Positions 19,023 to 27,346 of a stretch of 64,000 nucleotides of DNA are shown in pieces. This stretch comes from a virus. Where the stretch lies: the IMG/VR virus record IMGVR_UViG_3300027718_000185; one strand, written 5' to 3'. The notes beneath the pieces are model-generated. The model did no database searches. It was not told the origin of the DNA and worked only from the letters and a program-made list of their open reading frames with translations. Position numbers and translations under genes: made by a program. How positions within the stretch are numbered: the stretch's first letter is position 1; every line of letters starts with the position of its first letter.

Positions 19023-20315
19023 GTGAAGTACGTTGATCTTGATTCATCTTATATCAGACAAAAAAGAAATAACATGGGGTTATCCCTCAAAGAGTTCGCT
19101 TTGCTGCTTGATATGAAAGAGAATGGTGAAAGAACAGTCAGAGGCTGGGAAAGTGGCGAGCATGTTCCTACTAAAGCAAAATGGGAACAGATTATTGCGT
19201 TGCCAGATAAAGCTCCATACAGGGAACGTCCTGACCAGAAGCATAAATTCACCTTTATTGACCTTTTCGCCGGTATTGGCGGAATCCGTTTACCTTTCCA
19301 GCAATTAAGAGGGAAGTGTGTATTCAGTTCCGAATGGGACAAGTTTGCACAAAAGACCTATGCTGCGAATTTTGGTGAACTACCTTCAGGTGATATCACA
19401 CAGATTAAAGCAGCTGATATTCCTGATCATGACATTCTTCTCGGTGGTTTCCCGTGTCAGTCCTTTTCACAGGCTGGTAAGCGTCAGGGCTTTCAGGATA
19501 CCCGCGGTACCATGTTCTTCGAGATCCAGCGAATTCTCTTCGAGAAGCGTCCAAAAGCATTTTTGCTCGAAAACGTGAAGCAGCTGCAGGGGCATGACAA
19601 AGGCCGTACGCTCAAAACCATTCTTGAGATCCTGCGTGGCGAATTTGATGAGGAGCTTGATCTTGAAGTTGAGCTTTCGGATGAAACCAAAAAGGCACTT
19701 TCAGAAAAACTGAATTACTGGGTTGATGTGAAGGTACTTCGTGCTGCAGATTTTGGTGTACCACAGAACCGTGAGCGTATTTTTCTTGTAGGTTTCGACA
19801 AGAATTACTTTGGTGAAGAGTGTAACTTTGATGAACTCTTCAGCTGGCCTGTTCCTCCTAAAAAGCAGACCCGACTTGGTGATATTCTTGAAGATGTCTC
19901 AAAACTCAAAAAGAGTGAAGATGTCTATACGATTTCGGATCGTCTCTGGCAAGGTCACCAGCGCCGTAAGGAAGAACATGGGATAAAGGGTAACGGATTT
20001 GGCTATACGCTTTATACTGGCGATAGTCCATATACCAATACCTTAAGTGCCCGGTATTACAAGGACGGCTCGGAAATCCTGATTTCGCAGGCTGAGCATG
20101 GCAAGAATCCGCGTAAACTGACTCCACGCGAATGTGCACGCTTACAGGGCTTCCCTGAGAACTACATAGTTGATGCTGTTTCACATGGCCAGATCTATAA
20201 ACAGTTCGGTAACTCTGTATGTGTAAAAGTTATTGAAGCTGTTGCTGGCCAAATGGTTAGCTGTCTTGATAAGGCTGAAAAGATTGTCGCAGAGAAGCAG
20301 CTGAAGTTATTCTAG
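19023..20315 (+). CDS. C5-cytosine DNA methyltransferase with N-terminal XRE HTH (M.SsoII-like, predicted CCNGG)
   Basis: FIDLFAGIGG, GFPCQ, ENV, QNRER, RKLTPRECARLQGFP, QFGNSV; TRD close to recalled M.SsoII. Confidence 0.9.
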   Translation: MKYVDLDSSYIRQKRNNMGLSLKEFALLLDMKENGERTVRGWESGEHVPTKAKWEQIIALPDKAPYRERPDQKHKFTFIDLFAGIGGIRLPFQQLRGKCVFSSEWDKFAQKTYAANFGELPSGDITQIKAADIPDHDILLGGFPCQSFSQAGKRQGFQDTRGTMFFEIQRILFEKRPKAFLLENVKQLQGHDKGRTLKTILEILRGEFDEELDLEVELSDETKKALSEKLNYWVDVKVLRAADFGVPQNRERIFLVGFDKNYFGEECNFDELFSWPVPPKKQTRLGDILEDVSKLKKSEDVYTISDRLWQGHQRRKEEHGIKGNGFGYTLYTGDSPYTNTLSARYYKDGSEILISQAEHGKNPRKLTPRECARLQGFPENYIVDAVSHGQIYKQFGNSVCVKVIEAVAGQMVSCLDKAEKIVAEKQLKLF

Positions 20316-20840
20316 TTAGTTGCTATCTGTAGAAGAAAGTCCGGTTTCACAGGAAGAAGGGAGAGTCATCTCCCTTTTTTTGTTAATCATCGGCTCGTCT
20401 ATCTCAAGCAATGGCTCTGAGCCTAATAACCATTTTGTAAGAATATCCATAAGTGCTACTGGGTCTTTTTTAGAACGACGTACTGCACATTCCCATATGG
20501 TACATATTCTCCAGCCGCTATTTAAAAGGAGATCTTTAGCTTTCAGGTCATTTTCCTGATTCTTGGAAATTTTTGCTTCCCAGAATTCTGTACGGCTAGC
20601 CGGTAACTTGAACAACCGGCAATTCGGGTGCCCATGCCAGAAACAGCCATGTATAAAAATGATAGCCCTGTATTTTGGTAATACGATATCAGGTTTACCT
20701 GGCAGGTCTTTGCGGTGGATACGGAAGCGGAAGCCCTGCGCATGAAGAAGGCTACGGATGAGTAATTCTGGTTTTGTATTCCGTCCTTTAATATTTGACA
20801 TCATACGGCTGCGAGTTGCGCTATCGACGATATCTACCAT
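20316..20840 (-). CDS. vsr: Very short patch repair endonuclease
   Basis: DIVDSATRSRMMSNIK..NTKPEL, LPGKPDIV, FIHGCFWHGH. Confidence 0.93.
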   Translation of the reverse strand: MVDIVDSATRSRMMSNIKGRNTKPELLIRSLLHAQGFRFRIHRKDLPGKPDIVLPKYRAIIFIHGCFWHGHPNCRLFKLPASRTEFWEAKISKNQENDLKAKDLLLNSGWRICTIWECAVRRSKKDPVALMDILTKWLLGSEPLLEIDEPMINKKREMTLPSSCETGLSSTDSN

Positions 20841-21071
20841 TAGTATTTATCCTTTTCATCACTAACCGTCAGTTTACCAGCACCACTCTATATAAAGGTT
20901 GAGCACTATTTTTCGTTATAGTGAAGGTATTGTAAATAAAGTTATTAGAGTGTATTTAAAAGATCAAAATTAGGACTTGGCAGTATTTGAAAAATTTGGA
21001 TGTTTTAAGTTATTGAAAAGCTACAGAAATATGTTATTTTATTCGTTATTTTATAAATGGATAAAATATAA

Positions 21072-21665
21072 ATGTCTAATTCTATACTTAATAAAAATGA
21101 CTATAGCAGTGCTTTTAATAAAGCTGCGGAAACAACAAAGAGATATCAATTAGGAAACTTTAATAAGTTGAAAGCAACCGGTGTTCGATATATAACTGAA
21201 ACAGTTTTAGAAAATTTATATAATCATCCTGTAGTCAATCAGATTGATCCACGACATCTGTTTTCAATGTGTTTTCATACCCACATTCAGCTACAGCCTA
21301 TTATTGATAATTTGTTTCAGACGACAAGTATTTTAACTTTGGGTTATGTAGAATTCGATAGTGGAAGAAAATTTCATTATCAAGATATAAGTGAAGTTTT
21401 AGATAGAATAAAAAATAGAAAAAATTTAAGAGAAGTAAATATGCACTGCTGGTTAACTTTACCAACATCAGAAATTATTGATCTTACACTTCCTACGACC
21501 CAAGCTATTATTGAGGGTAATGAGCAGAATATAGGAAAAATAATAACCTTACATACAGACGAATTAAAGGGAATGAGATATATACCTCAGATTTTAGGCG
21601 AGGAATATCTACATTTAGCAGGAATTTATGATAAAAATATTCCTAGAGAATTTTATAAAGATTAA
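21072..21665 (+). CDS. Transglutaminase/papain-like fold protein (putative Cys-His-Asp triad)
   Basis: SMCF (Cys), MHCWLTL (His), EIIDLT (Asp) in transglutaminase-like order and spacing. Confidence 0.5.
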   Translation: MSNSILNKNDYSSAFNKAAETTKRYQLGNFNKLKATGVRYITETVLENLYNHPVVNQIDPRHLFSMCFHTHIQLQPIIDNLFQTTSILTLGYVEFDSGRKFHYQDISEVLDRIKNRKNLREVNMHCWLTLPTSEIIDLTLPTTQAIIEGNEQNIGKIITLHTDELKGMRYIPQILGEEYLHLAGIYDKNIPREFYKD

Positions 21666-21783
21666 TTCTAATTAATATACAAACAAAGCCCTTCTAAATA
21701 TTCATTATTAGCAGGGCATTTTTTCTATGAGTTGATTGGCATATGCTGTATAAAGGCAAAATCTTTTGCAGAGATTTAATTCC

Positions 21784-23016
21784 ATGCCTATATTTACTTT
21801 AAATAATAATGAACTAAATGCAGTTGAGACCCCGTCTTTTAAAGAAGAAGCTATTCTGGAAAGATTGCATCTCCAGCAGGCGCTCAAGAAAAATATCGGG
21901 GTAATTGCTGAGGACTGCCTCATTATTGCTGAAGAGTATGCTGAATGGGATGGTTCAAAGAGAAGAATTGATTTACTGGCAATCGATAAAAATGCAAATC
22001 TTGTAATTATAGAGCTGAAGCGTACAGACACTGGTGACCATATGGAGCTTCAGGCTCTCCGGTATGCATCAATGGTTTCCACAATGACTCTGGATATAGC
22101 AATAGATATCTATCGTCGATATAAAATAAATAATGGCTATCCATCTTTTGATCACAACAATGCACGTGAAGAAATTTCAAATTTTGTAGATGTTGAAGTT
22201 CTGGATGAAAGTAATTTTGCGGATGATGTGAGAATCATTCTGGTCTCATCAAATTTCTCTAAAGAACTGACTACTTCAGTGATCTGGCTTAATGAGCGAG
22301 ATCTAGATATTACTTGTATAAGAATGCAGCCATATACTCACAATTCACAGATTCTGGTTGATATTCAACAAATTATACCTTTACCAGAAGCAAAGGATTA
22401 TCAGATTAAGGCACAGAAAAAATCAGAAGAAAGAAGGGAAGCCAAGCTTACGAATGCAAGGGATTACTCAAGCTTCATGTTCAATGGTAAAACTCTAAAT
22501 AAACGATATCTTGCCCTAGAAATTATTAAAAGCCGGTTTAATGAAATCGAAAATAAGAATATCGAAGATCTTAGAGTAGAGTTTAATGAATATCCGAATC
22601 TGGATAGATTGCTAGTTAAACTTAACCAGCTGGATGAGCAAAGATATGACCGTTATTTTATTGAGAAAGAACATCAGTTACAGATGAGTAATGGAGACAT
22701 ATATGTTGTTTCCAATCAATGGGGCAAAGGTAATATTTATCAGTTGATAGAAATTGCAGCCAACTTTAACTATGAAATTATTAACACTTCAAAAGATCAG
22801 TTGAAACGTTCAGTTGAATATGGTGATTATTTGATAGAGCAGCTCGAAGATACCACTATTCTAGTTTATAAAAATGGCGAGAAAGTATCAGCTTATGGAG
22901 TATTACTAGAGTTGGCCTCGTCTAAGGGAATTAGTCATTTAAATAGTAAAGGTGGTAAAAAGAACACTAGGCAACTTGGGAAAGACTTGATTGATCAATT
23001 AAACACCCACTCGTAG
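21784..23016 (+). CDS. NucS/EndoMS-like PD-(D/E)xK nuclease with two C-terminal accessory domains
   Basis: RRIDLLAIDKNANLVIIELKR...QALRY; C-terminal VSNQWG and KNTRQLG motifs. Confidence 0.68.
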   Translation: MPIFTLNNNELNAVETPSFKEEAILERLHLQQALKKNIGVIAEDCLIIAEEYAEWDGSKRRIDLLAIDKNANLVIIELKRTDTGDHMELQALRYASMVSTMTLDIAIDIYRRYKINNGYPSFDHNNAREEISNFVDVEVLDESNFADDVRIILVSSNFSKELTTSVIWLNERDLDITCIRMQPYTHNSQILVDIQQIIPLPEAKDYQIKAQKKSEERREAKLTNARDYSSFMFNGKTLNKRYLALEIIKSRFNEIENKNIEDLRVEFNEYPNLDRLLVKLNQLDEQRYDRYFIEKEHQLQMSNGDIYVVSNQWGKGNIYQLIEIAANFNYEIINTSKDQLKRSVEYGDYLIEQLEDTTILVYKNGEKVSAYGVLLELASSKGISHLNSKGGKKNTRQLGKDLIDQLNTHS

Positions 23017-23064
23017 ATCTATTAAATTTCACCTAATTAAAAATGGGTACATTAAATACAAAAC

Positions 23065-23093
23065 TTGACCCTGTACAGGGTAAATGCTATTTT
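23065..23093 (+). promoter_or_regulatory. Probable late promoter pR-prime with palindromic spacer
   Basis: TTGACC-17 bp-TATTTT with extended TG; 14-bp palindrome ACCCTGTACAGGGT overlapping the -35 and spacer; terminator follows. Confidence 0.55.
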
Positions 23094-23140
23094 TGAGTTA
23101 TAGTGGTCGAAGTGTAAATGAAGATCACGCAAGATATTTA

Positions 23141-23167
23141 AAAGCTCATCGAAAGATGGGCTTTTTT
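23141..23167 (+). terminator. Terminator after putative late promoter (tR-prime-like)
   Basis: AAAGCTCATC-GAAA-GATGGGCTTT plus T tract. Confidence 0.8.
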
Positions 23168-23235
23168 GTTTTAAATATTAAAAAATTAAGGTGTAGGGTT
23201 ATATTAAAGACTTTAAAATAAGATGGAACATAAAA

Positions 23236-23430
23236 ATGTTTATTATGTACGACGATATCTACATAAATACAGATAATATCAACTACGCCAAGATTTTAAA
23301 TGAAACCTCACAGGTAATTTTTTACTTCGGACCAACAAAGGACAATGAGGAAGGGGCGAGTGTTACTTTGCAGTTTGGTGATATTTATCAAATTACGGAA
23401 TTTTTAGAATCCTTTAATCAAAATACTTAG
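23236..23430 (+). CDS. Small hypothetical protein
   Basis: ORF track, 64 aa. Confidence 0.45.
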   Translation: MFIMYDDIYINTDNINYAKILNETSQVIFYFGPTKDNEEGASVTLQFGDIYQITEFLESFNQNT

Positions 23431-23508
23431 CCTTTTCTAAAGGTTCTTTAATGGATATCTTTATGACCCTTAAAGCTGATTTCTACCGCTCCCCATTGTA
23501 AAGATACT

Positions 23509-23565
23509 CCATTACCGAAAGCTAAACGAGTTTATTTAGAAGTAAAGGAAAAACCAAAAGAATAA
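23509..23565 (+). pseudogene. Remnant similar to the N-terminus of the DUF559-like gene at 25691
   Basis: Translates PLPKAKRVYLEV vs PLPKAKQNYLEA. Confidence 0.5.
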
Positions 23566-23634
23566 GATACGAACTAATAGATTTTTTATTAAAGTTATAT
23601 AAAATTTACGTATTCCAATATTTGTAATGAGCAC

Positions 23635-24072
23635 ATGAATTTTATGGGCAGAATATTATTAATTTTTATAAGTTTATTGATTATTAGCCCAGTGTACAGT
23701 GCTGATAATTTTTTCGAAAAAAAACCTTCTATCTTAATTGCTAAAGATGAAGGAGTTCAAAATAATAATAGTCGTGAGAAAGTTGATTTTTTTGAGTTAT
23801 CAAATCAACAAAAAATAGATCGTACAAATCAAGTTTTTAAAAGGGCAGAGCAAGCTAATGACATTCTATTCCAAACGGCGAATATGACTGATTATGATAA
23901 ATCACAATATTACAGGGAAAATAAGTTTGCTAATAATAGGGGTTATTCACCATACATTGAATCTACACTTAATAGAAAAGTAATTTCAGAAGAAGAATAT
24001 CAACAGGAACTTGAGCAAAAAAGAAAAGAGAGAAAAGTTGATCGAACCCTTATGTACCTATTAGACAAGTAA
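23635..24072 (+). CDS. Hypothetical secreted protein
   Basis: Signal-peptide-like N-terminus ending VYSA. Confidence 0.55.
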   Translation: MNFMGRILLIFISLLIISPVYSADNFFEKKPSILIAKDEGVQNNNSREKVDFFELSNQQKIDRTNQVFKRAEQANDILFQTANMTDYDKSQYYRENKFANNRGYSPYIESTLNRKVISEEEYQQELEQKRKERKVDRTLMYLLDK

Positions 24073-24101
24073 TCTCAATTAAATTTTATTGGCTTAAATT
24101 T

Positions 24102-24293
24102 ATGAAAAATCAAAATGATCCAATTGAAAATATAGAGCAATTAGATGCTGATAGTGAGCAAAAGCAGGAAAACTCGGTACTTAATTCTGTGAATCCTGAT
24201 CCTGTTGAAGTAACAGATTTAATTGTAGAAATCGGGAAAGATATAGCTGATTTTGCATCATCTGTTTTTGATAACTTCGATATCAATTTTTAA
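24102..24293 (+). CDS. Small acidic hypothetical protein
   Basis: ORF track, 63 aa. Confidence 0.45.
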   Translation: MKNQNDPIENIEQLDADSEQKQENSVLNSVNPDPVEVTDLIVEIGKDIADFASSVFDNFDINF

Positions 24294-24360
24294 CTTAAGA
24301 GCTCACTAATAGTTAGTTTTTCTGTGTTATAAAAATATTTCCCATAATAAGGAGATCGAA

Positions 24361-24660
24361 GTGGAACTTACGCAAATTAAGGTAACAATAGATCGAGAAT
24401 ATGATCTCTTTGTAAATTCACAGGAATTTAAAACGTGTAAGCACGATAAAGAAAAACAAGCTAGATTTTTAGGCCGTGCATTAACAACATTGAAATATCC
24501 TTATACGAACATCATTACTTTAGGCGGTGGTCGATATAAAATTTCTGGACTTCATGATTTAAATGTTGATATTGACCTATTCCAGGCACCTTCTTTTACA
24601 GCAAAGCAAGCTTTTAATAGCTGGTTGACGAATATCTTGTTCAGACAATTATTTTCTTAA
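24361..24660 (+). CDS. Hypothetical protein
   Basis: AAGGAGA RBS before GTG start. Confidence 0.55.
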   Translation: MELTQIKVTIDREYDLFVNSQEFKTCKHDKEKQARFLGRALTTLKYPYTNIITLGGGRYKISGLHDLNVDIDLFQAPSFTAKQAFNSWLTNILFRQLFS

Positions 24661-24806
24661 AATATATTGTAAATACATATTTTAATTTGTATTATTAAAA
24701 TCAAATACTGCGCTGAAAGTTTTTATTTTTATGGCCCATTTCTCTTTTGGAGGGATGGGCTTTTTAATGTCAGTTTTTAACTTGCCGAACGGATTACGGC
24801 ACAAAT

Positions 24807-24842
24807 AGCCCCGCTAAGTATCGATTATTGGCGGGGCTTTTT
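24807..24842 (+). terminator. Intrinsic terminator
   Basis: AGCCCCGCTAA-N10-TTGGCGGGGCT plus T tract. Confidence 0.75.
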
Positions 24843-24862
24843 AGTTTTAATAGATAGGTTTG

Positions 24863-25198
24863 TTAACTCTCATTTTGTGAATATTGTGGCTGTATCTGAT
24901 CCAAGCTATCTTCTGGATTCTTTTCACGAGTATGAGAGACTTGAGTATTTTCGATATGAACAATTCGGTCATACTCAACATCTTTTAGATGCTCTGGTGC
25001 CAATTCTGGATATGACTTATAAAAATGCATTTTAATATTTAGAGCATGATCAAGTAGAAAAGCGGATTCAATACTGTAGTACTGATCATTATCAAAATAC
25101 TCATAAGTCGATTCTAATAATTCTTTGATTGAGTCATCAAGATTTTTAAGTTTTTCATTTATGAGATTTAAATCATTTGCAGATGGTTGTTTTTTCAT
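24863..25198 (-). CDS. Hypothetical protein (antisense moron)
   Basis: ORF track; downstream of secreted Cys-containing protein. Confidence 0.5.
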   Translation of the reverse strand: MKKQPSANDLNLINEKLKNLDDSIKELLESTYEYFDNDQYYSIESAFLLDHALNIKMHFYKSYPELAPEHLKDVEYDRIVHIENTQVSHTREKNPEDSLDQIQPQYSQNES

Positions 25199-25267
25199 TT
25201 CTTATCTCGCATTTATGAAAGATTTTGTACTGAAGTTTCCAGTACAAAATCTTAAAGGTCTATGGAA

Positions 25268-25525
25268 TTATGGTAAAACAAAAATACCCGAACTGCGGCA
25301 ACGATCAAAAGCAGCTTGACACTTCCAAGTTTCCTTAAGGCCTTGGAATGCACCTACACCATTTCGGCAATTTTCATACTGTAAGCGGCAGTATTCATAA
25401 TCACCAGCGGCTGGCTGAAGTATTTCTAAGAGACTTTTGGGTTGTTGTTTTTCCTCACTAGCAGTTGTCCCGAGGGATAAAGTTGCAAGGGTTATTGTTA
25501 CTAAAAAAATTAATTTTTTCTTCAT
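25268..25525 (-). CDS. Small secreted protein with four cysteines
   Basis: Signal peptide MKKKLIFLVTITLATLSLGTTA; C-x6-C...C-x6-C. Confidence 0.55.
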   Translation of the reverse strand: MKKKLIFLVTITLATLSLGTTASEEKQQPKSLLEILQPAAGDYEYCRLQYENCRNGVGAFQGLKETWKCQAAFDRCRSSGIFVLP

Positions 25526-25690
25526 GTTAGATACTCTTTTAGTTAATTTTATAAATACCGAATGGATATTTTTACCATTTGGTAAATTTTTTATAATAGA
25601 AAATTATTAAGTATTAAAGAATATATATAAATATGTTGTAACTTAATCTTTAAATGTAAATGCATAATATATTTGTTTTGAGATTGAAGG

Positions 25691-26101
25691 ATGGAAGTTA
25701 AAGAGTACTTTTGGCTTACAAGAAAAAAAGAGCCCAAAACTAAACCTAAAAGTAGACCTCTGCCCAAAGCTAAACAAAATTATTTAGAAGCTGAAGCAGT
25801 CTTATTTCAGGAACTAGAAGAACATCGAATAGGATATCGCCGAAAATTTCAGTTCGAATCAACCAAAAATTGGCGTTTCGATTTTTATATTGTGAAGTTG
25901 TATCTTCTTATAGAAATTGCTGGCAGTCCTTGGTCAGTTGGTCGAGGTGGGCGAAAAATTGCAAATGCAATGGGTAAATATGATCTTGCTTTGGATAAGG
26001 GGTATAAATTCGAACGTCTAGAGCCCCACCAAATTGAATCAGGTTATGCAATCAACTGGATTAAAAGTGAATTAGCGAGAATTGAAGATGGATCAGATTA
26101 G
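25691..26101 (+). CDS. DUF559-like endonuclease (second copy of family)
   Basis: RRKFQF...WRFDFY...LIEIAG. Confidence 0.65.
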   Translation: MEVKEYFWLTRKKEPKTKPKSRPLPKAKQNYLEAEAVLFQELEEHRIGYRRKFQFESTKNWRFDFYIVKLYLLIEIAGSPWSVGRGGRKIANAMGKYDLALDKGYKFERLEPHQIESGYAINWIKSELARIEDGSD

Positions 26102-26729
26102 ACCATTTCCTCCACAGGAGTTGATTGATAAAGCCGAAGAGGATGAGGCAATTAGATTAGCTCCCGCACCTGATTTAATGAACTGGGTAATTAAAAACTT
26201 TTTAACTATTGGTGGACCATTACATAACCCTGATCACGACCATATTGCTGAGCTGCTTCATGATAATGAAGAGTTTCTAGCTTGTGCATGGGCATCATCT
26301 GCATGTGTAGCTAAAAAACGCATGGTTCTAGGTCAATGCGAAAAGGTGTTGTTCAACCAAGGCGGGTGGAAGAAAGCTCGACAAGAACAGCAAATGCGTG
26401 ATTGGTTTGGTTATGTGCCAACTTATCTCATCACTATAGACGCAAGTTATTGCGACCAAGCTACAGACCGAGACTTTTGCGCTTTAATCGAACATGAGCT
26501 TTATCATATTGGCGTTGAGCGTGATCAAGATGGCGAGCCTCTTTACAGTGATATGACTGGTTTGCCAAAACATTATTTGGCAGGTCATGATGTTGAAGAG
26601 TTTGTTGGCGTAGTAAAAAGATGGGGAGCGGATGAAAGCGTAAAGCGCCTACTAGAAGTGGCGAAGCAAGCGCCGTTTGTATCTGATGTAAATATTTCCA
26701 AGTGCTGTGGGACATGTTTAATAAGTTGA
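26082..26729 (+). CDS. Phage putative metallopeptidase
   Basis: ALIEHELYH (HExxH), GHDVEEF. Confidence 0.8.
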   Translation: MKMDQIRPFPPQELIDKAEEDEAIRLAPAPDLMNWVIKNFLTIGGPLHNPDHDHIAELLHDNEEFLACAWASSACVAKKRMVLGQCEKVLFNQGGWKKARQEQQMRDWFGYVPTYLITIDASYCDQATDRDFCALIEHELYHIGVERDQDGEPLYSDMTGLPKHYLAGHDVEEFVGVVKRWGADESVKRLLEVAKQAPFVSDVNISKCCGTCLIS

Positions 26730-26788
26730 GCCGTTTGGCTCATTTTTTTTGCCATGTTTCCTTGACGTACCTTGACGGATAGAGAGAA

Positions 26789-27346
26789 ATGGCGACTTTA
26801 AATAAAAAGCAAAAACTCTTTATTGTGCAATCGCTTGCTGTGTTTAATACCCCTCAAGAAACAGTGAGTCTCGTCAAGGAAGAATTTGACATTGACGTTT
26901 CGAGACAGCAGGTAGAGTCATACGACCCTACCAAGTTTGCTGGTAGAGACTTAAGTAAGGAGCTTAAAGAATTTTTTGAAAAAACTCGGGAAGAGTATTT
27001 GAGTCAGCCACTAAATAAAGTTAGTGGAGCAAATGACATTGTTCAGTTGAAAATCCTGAATGATCTGCTGTGGTCTAAAAAGAATAATGTAAGGATGACA
27101 ATCCAAATTGTGGATCAAATGCAAAAGATCACAAAAGGCTTTTATGACAAGAAAGCTGAGCAAGGAAATAAAGGTAAAAATCCTGTTGAAGCTCAAACAA
27201 AAGCTGAAGTAGAACTCGAGATTAAAAAGCTTGAACTTCAGAAGCTACAGCGTGAAGTGAATCCACCAGAGTATCGCCCACCTGAAGAGGATTACAAGCT
27301 TGTGCTGAATCCTGATGAGGAGATACCAAATGAGCCAATTCTTTAA
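26789..27346 (+). CDS. terS: Terminase small subunit (DUF2280-like)
   Basis: QKLFIVQSLAVFNTPQETV...VSRQQVESYDPTK; precedes TerL. Confidence 0.75.
   Translation: MATLNKKQKLFIVQSLAVFNTPQETVSLVKEEFDIDVSRQQVESYDPTKFAGRDLSKELKEFFEKTREEYLSQPLNKVSGANDIVQLKILNDLLWSKKNNVRMTIQIVDQMQKITKGFYDKKAEQGNKGKNPVEAQTKAEVELEIKKLELQKLQREVNPPEYRPPEEDYKLVLNPDEEIPNEPIL

Noticed and set aside
19049-20745. Multiple short alternative-frame ORFs within the MTase and vsr genes
   Set aside because: Expected in this more GC-rich segment; no independent signals
24690-24845. tRNA gene, often found in phage late leaders
   Set aside because: No cloverleaf, T-loop GTTC or CCA end found
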